DNA from: Thermococcus kodakarensis KOD1
GTDB taxonomy: Archaea; Methanobacteriota_B; Thermococci; Thermococcales; Thermococcaceae
Direction: 5' to 3'
Length of the DNA: 32,000 nt
Assembly (NCBI RefSeq): GCF_000009965.1
Contig: NC_006624.1
Span: forward strand, 840,001 to 872,000
In this document: positions 19,142 to 26,526 of the stretch, in pieces
Layout: each line of letters opens with the position of its first letter
Position numbering within the stretch: the stretch's first letter is position 1
Notes under the pieces: model-generated
What the model was told of the DNA's origin: nothing
What the model saw: only the letters and a program-made list of their open reading frames with translations
The model's database searches: none
Position numbers and translations under genes: made by a program

Positions 19142-20342
19142 ATGAGAGGATTAATACCACTCCTCTTTGGAATTTTGCTTGTTTCACCTATCGCCCTGGC
19201 CAGCAATGTTACGGTCTCATTTCATGCCCCCCAGGATACGTGCTCGACGACGCGACTGTTCATTACAACGCCTCCTGCACCGGTTGGGTGGTGGGAGTTT
19301 TCGACGACGGCATCTCACTTCAAAGCTTTGCCCTTTGTATCAACCGGAGTGGAGAATTCAGACTCTCCAGCTACGTATTCCCCCGCGAAAAGAACCCCAA
19401 GCCCTATCTAAACACAACCTGCCCAATCAACGTCTCCGTTACCCCTCAGTATCAGCCAGATATTTTTCCGATACGATTAGGGGAGAGTACCGTAGGTATC
19501 TGCTCACGAAGGTTTGGTTTAGAAACCTTGGAAGCGGCACCTTTAGAATAAACGTTCCCTGGGAACTCATAGCCATCTACCTTGAAAGCGATACTATATA
19601 TGAAAACGGGACGTATGTCCCAAAACTCCCGCTGGATGTTGAGGTATCTTGGAAAGGTGAAGAAATCGACAGGACACCCGCTCTGGCAGAACCTCCCGCT
19701 TCTTACTGGATTGACATCAGCGAGGAGAAACCCTCTGGGGAAGTTTTCGTAAAAGTAAGTGGGGAGCGAGCTAAATTCATAACCAAGGTTTATGGATACG
19801 TTATCATTCCATACCAATCGTATTATCCAGCAATAGGTGGGTTTCCCTTTATATTTCCCCAGCACGATGGTTATCGCATTAGTATATACTCCTATTTTGG
19901 AAACGTCGAAGTTGAGGGGGAGTTTCTCTGGAATGGGAGCAATTTCACCCTTTTTAAGTTTACTACCTCAAAGGGCGAGACTAAGGAGCTTTACGTTAAA
20001 GATGGTCGTGTATGCTATGGAAAATGGACCAGGAGAGCGTGCGGTAGGTATTCACTACCAAGGGGAGCACTAAAACTGACTGTGGGCTTTAATAGAGGGT
20101 CTCTGTGGGTCTGGAACGATGGAACTGTGTATTTTAAAACAAAGCTTGACTCACTGGGCATAAAGTCTATGGAATTCCTCGGTGGAATTCCAAGTGAAGA
20201 CATCTACGCGGTCAGCGTTTATGCCACGGACAGGGTTTACGAAGAGAAGGATAGTCCTTTGGGTAGGGTATCCTTAGCACTAAGCTTCATTGCGGTTGTA
20301 CTCTCGCTGGCCGCACTCCTGAGGTCAAGAAAAAAAGGCTGA
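19142..20342 (+). pseudogene. Secreted, C-terminally membrane-anchored protein gene interrupted by two apparent 1-nt homopolymer frameshifts
   Basis: A signal peptide (MRGLIPLLFGILLVSPIALA) is read from ATG 19142 in frame A. Third-position C bias and residue composition place the coding signal in frame B from about 19234 (GYVLDDATVHYNASC...), then in frame C (the long ORF-track frame 19167..20342) from about 19465. The switches coincide with a C6 run (19227-19232) and a T5 run (19463-19467). The C-terminal TM segment plus RSRKKG lies in frame C. Confidence 0.5.
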
Positions 20343-20405
20343 AAACGTAGGTACACGGCCAGTCGATTTGAGTGCGGGAAATCTAAAACTCAGAAAGCTC
20401 CAAAC

Positions 20406-21053
20406 TCATTCCTCAAGCCAGATTTCGAGCCTCTGCTTGCCCCTTCCGAGGCTGGAGCGCTTGAGCTTCTTGAGGTGGCCTATCTCCTTTATGTCCCTCA
20501 CGTGCGTCCCGCCGCAGGGGATGACTTCGAAGTCCCTTATCTGGGTCAGCCTGGTTTCTCCTTCCCACCATATCTTCATCTCGCCGCCTTCGTCAACGTA
20601 GCGGTTGAAGAGCTCGATTATCTTCTCCTTGTACTGGTTCACGTTCTCCGGGTACTCTATGTCGTAGCGGCCCTTCTCATAGCTCATCCCGCTCCCGTAA
20701 GGCTTCCACTTGCCCTTTCCAAGGACTTCGTTGAGCACGTGGTCGAGCAGGTGCATCGCGCTGTGTATCCTCATCAGCTTGTAGCGGTAGTCCCAGTCGA
20801 TTTTGAGCTCGACCTCATCCCCAACCTTGAACATCTCTGGTTCAGCAACGACGTGCCAGACGTTGCCCTCCTCATCTTTGTAAACATCGAGAACCTCAAC
20901 GCCGTTTATCGTGCCCCGGTCGTGGGGCTGACCGCCGCCGGTCGGGTAGAATATCGTCTGGTCGAGAAGGAGAGCGTTGTCCCTTACTTCCAGAACCTTT
21001 GCCTTGGCTTCCTTCAAGTAGGCGTCCTCGTAGTAGAGCTTCCTCGTGGCCAT
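20406..21053 (-). CDS. alaX: AlaX-type alanyl-tRNA editing protein (AlaRS editing-domain homologue)
   Basis: ORF track 20406..21086. GGTGATGAG SD then ATG 21053 (MATRKLYYEDAYL...). The zinc motifs HSAMHLL (HxxxH) and CGGTHV (CxxxH) are present. Confidence 0.88.
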   Translation of the reverse strand: MATRKLYYEDAYLKEAKAKVLEVRDNALLLDQTIFYPTGGGQPHDRGTINGVEVLDVYKDEEGNVWHVVAEPEMFKVGDEVELKIDWDYRYKLMRIHSAMHLLDHVLNEVLGKGKWKPYGSGMSYEKGRYDIEYPENVNQYKEKIIELFNRYVDEGGEMKIWWEGETRLTQIRDFEVIPCGGTHVRDIKEIGHLKKLKRSSLGRGKQRLEIWLEE

Positions 21054-21134
21054 TCTCATCACCAGAGGAAAATAAGCTGTCGCCATTTAAATGGGTATCG
21101 AAATTGAAGAAAAGGAAAGCTAAAGGAAAAGCTT

Positions 21135-22547
21135 TTACTTCCTTCTCCTGAGGAGAAGAGGCACGACGGCAAGGCCTACGAGGAACGCCGGACCGCAGGT
21201 ACTGCCCGTCTTTTCTTCTACGTTGTACTTGACTTCAACTCTCTCAGGGACTTTCTCCATCATGGCAAAGTAGTCCCTGGCCAGCATACCATACCTTACG
21301 TAAGCGCTGCTTTCAAGAACTACCTCTTTGTCGCTGACCTTTGTGACCTTCATAGTTATCTGGCTTCCGTTGGCCTCAACATGTATGTCATCCGGAATCT
21401 GTGTGAACTTCGAGCCTTCAGGCAGTATAATTCTGATCGTTGTAGTCTGGTTGATCCCATCCGTCAGCCTTCCTTTGACCGAGACATCGCGGAGCCCGAG
21501 GGAAGGGTCGTGGACGTAGGTGTTGTTGTTGGCCTTGGTGTAGTTAGCCAGTACCCAGTGGAAGCGCAGCCGTAGGGGTGCTGTGGAGTTTACGTTCTCG
21601 AATTTTATGCTCCAGTCTTTCACACTTATCCCCTGTTGCTGGAAGGCAAGGAGGTTGTTCTGGTAAATTGACTGTATGATTGCATCTTCTCCCTGGTACA
21701 TAACCATGAGTTTGAGATAGTTCACGTAGTCTTCTGGGGCTATGTATTCCATCAGGGTATCGATCACTGTTTCTTCTTTGCCGATCGTAATATTGGTCTC
21801 AGTCTTTGAGCTCCATACTGAATAGTTCCCTTCCTGGCCAGGTCTTCCGCGATACTGGATGATAAACGGCTGAAAGTCGCTGTAAAGCTTCTGGAGGTCA
21901 TCTTTTGTTATGTTCTCATCGAAGTGCATACGCGCGTCCACGATTATCTCGTTCCCGTGAACATCAACGTTTATCGACACGTAGCTCTTACCCGATTCCC
22001 TCGAATAGTCCGACGGAATGCTCACGATCTCGGCGTCCTCCGGGAGCACTATCGAGTAGTGGTCTTCAAAGTCGAACGTCCTGTTTAGAGATGTGAGGTC
22101 AACCTGTGAGATCTGGAGGGTACGAAGAACATCAAGCTCTATTTCCCAGATCCCATCGTAGGAGTAGTATTTTGCAAAGTCGAGTACCTTCCCCGTAATT
22201 TCTGTGATTAGAGGCCCATCAGAATCATACCCTTTAACGGTGCCCGAGGCGTTTGCCAGGTTCATTCCAAGCTGCGAGAAGAGCTGAACCCTCTGGTTAA
22301 CAAGCATTTCAGTGGCGTTCTCCAGACCCACCTTTAAGATACCCTCTTTGGTACTGTTCAGCATGTCTGAGGGTCCATAGAGGGTCGTTATGAACTTTAA
22401 ATCTGCTGAACCGTCCCAGTGGACAGTGTACTTCTGCTCAACCTTCTCGGAATACGCATCGGCGCCAAAGCTCGGCACGGCAATTGCTCCGAACGCCAAA
22501 ACAATCAATAACAAAACACCAACTTTCTTCATTAGAATTTCCCCCAT
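21135..22547 (-). CDS. Secreted hypothetical protein with C-terminal CGP-CTERM-type sorting signal
   Basis: 470 aa, or 465 aa from ATG 22532. The N-terminal signal peptide is MKKVGVLLLIVLAFGAIAVPSFGA. The C-terminus ...GSTCGPAFLVGLAVVPLLLRRRK has Cys-Gly-Pro, a TM helix and a basic tail. Many N-x-S/T sequons are present. Confidence 0.75.
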   Translation of the reverse strand: MGEILMKKVGVLLLIVLAFGAIAVPSFGADAYSEKVEQKYTVHWDGSADLKFITTLYGPSDMLNSTKEGILKVGLENATEMLVNQRVQLFSQLGMNLANASGTVKGYDSDGPLITEITGKVLDFAKYYSYDGIWEIELDVLRTLQISQVDLTSLNRTFDFEDHYSIVLPEDAEIVSIPSDYSRESGKSYVSINVDVHGNEIIVDARMHFDENITKDDLQKLYSDFQPFIIQYRGRPGQEGNYSVWSSKTETNITIGKEETVIDTLMEYIAPEDYVNYLKLMVMYQGEDAIIQSIYQNNLLAFQQQGISVKDWSIKFENVNSTAPLRLRFHWVLANYTKANNNTYVHDPSLGLRDVSVKGRLTDGINQTTTIRIILPEGSKFTQIPDDIHVEANGSQITMKVTKVSDKEVVLESSAYVRYGMLARDYFAMMEKVPERVEVKYNVEEKTGSTCGPAFLVGLAVVPLLLRRRK

Positions 22548-22730
22548 TAACTCACTCCTAGTAGGGACTCAGGGAGGTTTTTAACCTTTTTCATCGGTTG
22601 AAGCTCTGCCGATTACCAGCGTGAGATTAAGATTCTAACGTGTATTCACTTGATTTTAACCCACACAAATACAAGCGGTGAATGTCCAAGACATCAAAAG
22701 TAAGAATAGGGGTAATGAAAATAGGGGCCA

Positions 22731-24023
22731 TCAAGAGATCCACTTGCTCTCGTCCAGCTCTTTCTCGGTTTTGGCAACGATAACAGTCCCAGCCAGGTCG
22801 CCGGTGACGTTGACCATCGTCCTCCCCATGTCGAGGATCGCGTCAATGCCGAGTATCATGGCGTAGGCAAGCGCCACCGGACTTCCGGGCGTAAGGTCGA
22901 GGCCGACGCTCTGGAGGACCATTGCGAGCATTATTGCACCAGCACCGGGAACACCGGCGGTTCCTATTGAGGCCAGAACTGCCGTTAGGACGACGACGAG
23001 CTGCTGACCGAGGGTGAGCGGATGGCCGATAGCGTTGGCGACAAAGAGAACCGTGACACCCTGGTAGAGGGCAGTACCGTCCATGTTTATCGTCGCACCG
23101 AGCGGCAGGGTGAATGAGAATATTCCCTTGTCAACGCCCATCTCTTCCTCGGCAACACGCATTGTAACAGGGAGGGTTCCGCTTGAGCTCCTGGTGACGA
23201 AGGCGGTGATCATAGCATCTTTCGCCTTCCTGATGAACTTGATCGGGTCAATGCCGAAGACCTTCAAGAGAATGAAGTAGGTGATGACTATCTGAAGGAA
23301 GAGGCCGGTATATACAGCTCCAACGACCTTCGCCAGCGGCCCGACGACCCTGACGCCCTGCTCGGCCATGACGTAGGCTATGAGGGCGAAGACACCTATC
23401 GGTGCGTACTGCATGACGCCGCCGACTATGAGGTACATAGCCTCGGCAAGGCCATCGAAGACCCTCAGGAGGGTCTCGGCCGACTTTCTGACCCTCTCCT
23501 CGTTCCTGTTCATGAGGTAGGTTATCGCTATTCCGAGGATTATCGCGAAGAATATCACTGGGAGCACTTCACCCTTGGCGAGCGAGGCAAACGGGTTCGT
23601 TGGAACTATGTTGAGTAGAGTCTGAACGAGGGAGGGAGGCTGAGCTTCTATGGCCTTCCCGGTACCGCTCCCGAGGTTGACGTTGGCACCGACGTTGAAG
23701 AGCCTGCCAACGATGAGACCGAAGAAAACTGCCATGGCGGAGGTAGCGAGGTAATAGACGACGATCTTGACGCCGACGCGGCCGAGACGAGCAGGGCTTA
23801 TACTTGCCGCACCGACTACGAGCGACGCTAGAACTATCGGCATCACGAGCATCTTCAGCAATCTGACGAAGAGGTCACCGAAGGGCTTGATATAGGTCTT
23901 AACGGCCCCCGCATAGCCGAAATGTCCCGCTATCAGGCCGAAGACTGCACCGAGAACCAGACCCCAGAGAATTTTCCACAGAACGGGATAGTCGAGATAC
24001 CGCCTCAGGAGGCTTTTTCCCAT
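22731..24023 (-). CDS. Sodium:aspartate symporter of the glutamate transporter (DAACS/SLC1) family, GltPh/GltTk type
   Basis: 430 aa with the HP1 serine motif TRSSSGTLP, the NMDGT motif, the HP2 GVPGAG motif and [12 protein letters not shown]. It is very similar throughout to the structurally characterised archaeal homologues, as I recall them. Confidence 0.93.
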
Positions 24024-24122
24024 CTTTTCACCCCCTTATTGGCTGGCTTATTGCCAGCATAATCCAGTTAAAAAAGGAAGTTTATTAGGGTTGTCCCTGG
24101 AAAATTGTCAAAAAGTCAAAAC

Positions 24123-24821
24123 TTATCGGTTAATTCTAACTGACACATCACCATACACTACTTTAACTGTCTGTCCATCAACGTCCAGAATAAGGGAGCC
24201 GTCATCTGATATGGTGATTACCCTGCCAACGAGGTCATTGCCATCGAGCAGGACTCTTACTTCCTTCCCGATTAGCATCGTTCTCCCGCGAACTTCTTCA
24301 ACAACTAAAGGCGGGTTTTCAAGAAATGTCTTATACCAGCGGCCGAGATACTCAAGCAGCCTTTCCAAGACTTCCCCAATGTCAACGGGTTCCCCCAGGG
24401 CTTCCATCATGGAGGTTGCAGTCTCCTTTAGACCATCTGGGATTTCATTGTTCACATTGAGACCTACCCCCATGATCACGAAATCACCTTTCACTTCCGT
24501 TAGGACTCCAGAGATTTTCCTGTTTCCAACCCAGACGTCGTTGGGCCACTTTATCCATGCACCAATGCCGAAGTCCCTCAGTGTGTCCGATACTGCCAGT
24601 GCACCCACGAATACGAGCCTAGGGTCGATCATGGGAGGCTTCAGGATGACGCTCATCCACAGGCCGCCCTCGGGAGAAGCCCAGGCTCTACCCTTCCTTC
24701 CCCTCCCGGAGGTCTGCCTCTTTGCAACTACGACTGTTCCTTCAGAGACATCGGGAATGAGCTTCTTCGCGTACTCGTTGGTCGAGTCTACCTCATCAAG
24801 GCGAATGACGTTCCACTCCAT
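24123..24821 (-). CDS. birA: Biotin-protein ligase BirA (catalytic-only, no N-terminal HTH)
   Basis: 232 aa with LDEVDSTNEYAKK and the GRGRKGRAW biotin/ATP-binding loop. The protein begins directly with the catalytic domain. Confidence 0.9.
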   Translation of the reverse strand: MEWNVIRLDEVDSTNEYAKKLIPDVSEGTVVVAKRQTSGRGRKGRAWASPEGGLWMSVILKPPMIDPRLVFVGALAVSDTLRDFGIGAWIKWPNDVWVGNRKISGVLTEVKGDFVIMGVGLNVNNEIPDGLKETATSMMEALGEPVDIGEVLERLLEYLGRWYKTFLENPPLVVEEVRGRTMLIGKEVRVLLDGNDLVGRVITISDDGSLILDVDGQTVKVVYGDVSVRINR

Positions 24822-24883
24822 AAGCCCTCCCGAGATTAAAACTCGGGAAGGAGTTTAAACTGTTTTGGAGAAACCTATGCGGG

Positions 24884-25456
24884 GTGTCTGAAATGGTGTT
24901 GCATGTCTCCCCAGATGGCTTCAGTTTTGATGACGACACAGGAAATCTCATTATAGTTGGCTCCAGAACTTCCAGGAAGAAGGCCGTCAGGTTTATTGCA
25001 CTAGTGAAAACAAGACCTGTAAAGGATGTTCTCCCGGTGTACCTCAAGGCCATACTTGAAAAGTTCAGGGAAAGCCCCGCCGAATACTGGGACGAGGAAA
25101 CTGCTCTCGATGTTTTGAAGTCAAGGGGGCTTAAAGTTCATTCCTTAGAGGTTGAGCGTGAGAGGCAGAGTGTGAGGGCAGAGTTTCAAGCAGAGGGACT
25201 CATCGAAAACAATCTTGGGGCAATATCTCCGGAGAAAGTTAAATACGTTGAAAAGCTAATGAGGGATTTCCTCTGGTCGATTATTGACGACCTGACTGCA
25301 TCTGACCTGTGGGCACCCATAGCAATCAACGAAGACCTTGATGAGATTGGTGAGGGATTTTTAATGGGGCCCGAGGAAGAGGAGACGGATGAGCAGGTCT
25401 TTTCAAGTCTTGAGTTCTGGTGGGAAGAGTACTGGGGAGACAATGGAAAACCTTAA
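24884..25456 (+). CDS. Hypothetical cytoplasmic protein with acidic, Trp-rich C-terminal tail
   Basis: 190-aa ORF (GTG 24884; the first ATG is at 24893). No motif was recognised. The codon third-position bias resembles that of neighbouring genes. The tail reads ...[27 protein letters not shown]. Confidence 0.55.
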   Translation: MSEMVLHVSPDGFSFDDDTGNLIIVGSRTSRKKAVRFIALVKTRPVKDVLPVYLKAILEKFRESPAEYWDEETALDVLKSRGLKVHSLEVERERQSVRAEFQAEGLIENNLGAISPEKVKYVEKLMRDFLWSIIDDLTASDLWAPIAINEDLDEIGEGFLMGPEEEETDEQVFSSLEFWWEEYWGDNGKP

Positions 25457-25470
25457 ATCCTCCCTTTGTA

Positions 25471-25487
25471 TATCACTCCTGGTGATT
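25471..25487 (+). promoter_or_regulatory. Thermococcales glycolytic motif (TGM) operator, TATCAC-N5-GTGATT, in the fba promoter
   Basis: TATCACTCCTGGTGATT lies 4 nt upstream of ATG 25491 and about 13 nt downstream of a TTAAAT TATA element (25453-25458). Confidence 0.7.
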
Positions 25488-25490
25488 AGT

Positions 25491-26336
25491 ATGGACGCAT
25501 ACCAGAGCGTTGGGATTAGGAGGAGGCTTAAGAGATTCTTCCGCAGGGACGGAAGGGCTCTAATATTCGCCATGGACCACGGCTTCGAACACGGGCCGAC
25601 CGATTTTGAGCCCGTCTGGGAGCACGTTAACCCGAGGATCATCATTAGGAAGGTCGTCAGGGCTGGAGTTGACGGAGTCATGATGCTCCCCGGCATCGTC
25701 AGGATGGCCGGCGACGAGCTCAAGCCGGACACGGGGCTTATGATAAAGCTCACGAGCAAGACCGAGCTAAGGCCAAAGGAGGAGCAGCTCCTTCAGAGCC
25801 AGCTCGGTTACGTTGAAGACGCGATAAAGCTCGGCGCCGATGCGATAGCGGCAACCGTCTACTGGGGCTCACCACAGGAAGACGTTATGATGCGCCAGTT
25901 CGCGGAGATAGCGAGCTACGCCCATGACTTGGGCTTCCCTGTTGTCCAGTTTGCCTATCCGCGCGGGCCCTACATCAACGAGAAGTACGGCAAGAAGGAG
26001 GACTACCGCGTCGTTATGTACGGTGCAAGGGCCGCAGCCGAGACTGGCGCTGACATGATAAAGACCTACTGGACGGGATCAAAGGAGACCTTCGCCAAGG
26101 TCGTTGACGCCGCCGCTGGCGTCCCGGTTCTCCTCAGCGGTGGAGCAAAGACTGACAACCCCGTTGACTTCCTGAAGGTTGTCTGGGATGTCATCGAGGC
26201 TGGAGGGGCTGGAGCCGTCGTCGGAAGAAACATCTTCCAGCGCGAGAATCCAGAGCCGATGATAAAGGCCCTCATAAGGGTCATCCACAGAAACGAGGAT
26301 CCTGAAGAGGCCGCTAAGGCCGAGGGGCTTATTTGA
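25491..26336 (+). CDS. fba: Class IA (archaeal DhnA-type) fructose-1,6-bisphosphate aldolase
   Basis: ORF track 25389..26336. ATG 25491 gives 281 aa ([36 protein letters not shown]...), the typical archaeal FBA N-terminus. The upstream extension would read through the TATA box and TGM. Confidence 0.9.
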   Translation: MDAYQSVGIRRRLKRFFRRDGRALIFAMDHGFEHGPTDFEPVWEHVNPRIIIRKVVRAGVDGVMMLPGIVRMAGDELKPDTGLMIKLTSKTELRPKEEQLLQSQLGYVEDAIKLGADAIAATVYWGSPQEDVMMRQFAEIASYAHDLGFPVVQFAYPRGPYINEKYGKKEDYRVVMYGARAAAETGADMIKTYWTGSKETFAKVVDAAAGVPVLLSGGAKTDNPVDFLKVVWDVIEAGGAGAVVGRNIFQRENPEPMIKALIRVIHRNEDPEEAAKAEGLI

Positions 26337-26346
26337 CTCATTTCCA

Positions 26347-26351
26347 CTTTT
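26347..26351 (+). terminator. Oligo-T terminator tract after fba
   Basis: CCACTTTTTCGTTTCGG lies directly after stop codon 26336. Confidence 0.4.
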
Positions 26352-26526
26352 TCGTTTCGGATAGAGATGCTTTTCAATGAAACTGGAACTCTAGTGCTCG
26401 TTTATGTTCCCCAACTTTTAGAAACGGCATTGGGGTACTCTTCTGTTCGTTTAATGCCTAAAATTGTATCGTCAAAAGCCGATAACGTTAAAAACAGTGC
26501 TAAGAACATATAAACAGGTGAGGAGA

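Noticed and set aside
19167-19465. N-terminal ~100 codons of the 391-aa ORF-track protein (MEFCLFHLSPWPAMLRSHFMPPRIRARRRD...)
   Set aside because: It is an Arg-rich, out-of-frame-looking sequence with a TTG start. The coding signal in this segment lies in the two other frames (see the frameshift finding).
18230-20350. Possibility that the low-GC islet is an integrated virus or plasmid element
   Set aside because: I could find no integrase, no tRNA target, no flanking direct repeats and no virus-like genes. Only the compositional shift supports a foreign origin.
20475-21107. 210-aa plus-strand ORF antisense to alaX
   Set aside because: It is a shadow ORF. The alaX frame has the HxxxH/CxxxH zinc motifs. 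This ORF would also run through the alaX promoter and the terminator of the upstream gene.
24091-24858. 255-aa plus-strand ORF, longer than the birA ORF it overlaps
   Set aside because: The translation is S/T/P/R-rich and low in complexity with no motif. The opposite strand encodes an unmistakable BirA (GRGRKGRAW). It is a typical antisense shadow ORF in GC-rich coding DNA.
26487-26495. GTTAAAAAC, matching the SurR core motif GTT-N3-AAC, upstream of the carboxyltransferase gene
   Set aside because: Only six specified bases are involved and several matches are expected by chance in 32 kb. There is no extended second half-site (N5-GTT).
26366-26515. 49-codon ORF (MLFNETGTLVLVYVPQLLETALGY...) in the fba / carboxyltransferase spacer
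   Set aside because: It has a weak SD and an AT-rich third codon position unlike neighbouring genes. It overlaps the likely promoter of the downstream gene. I cannot support it as coding.
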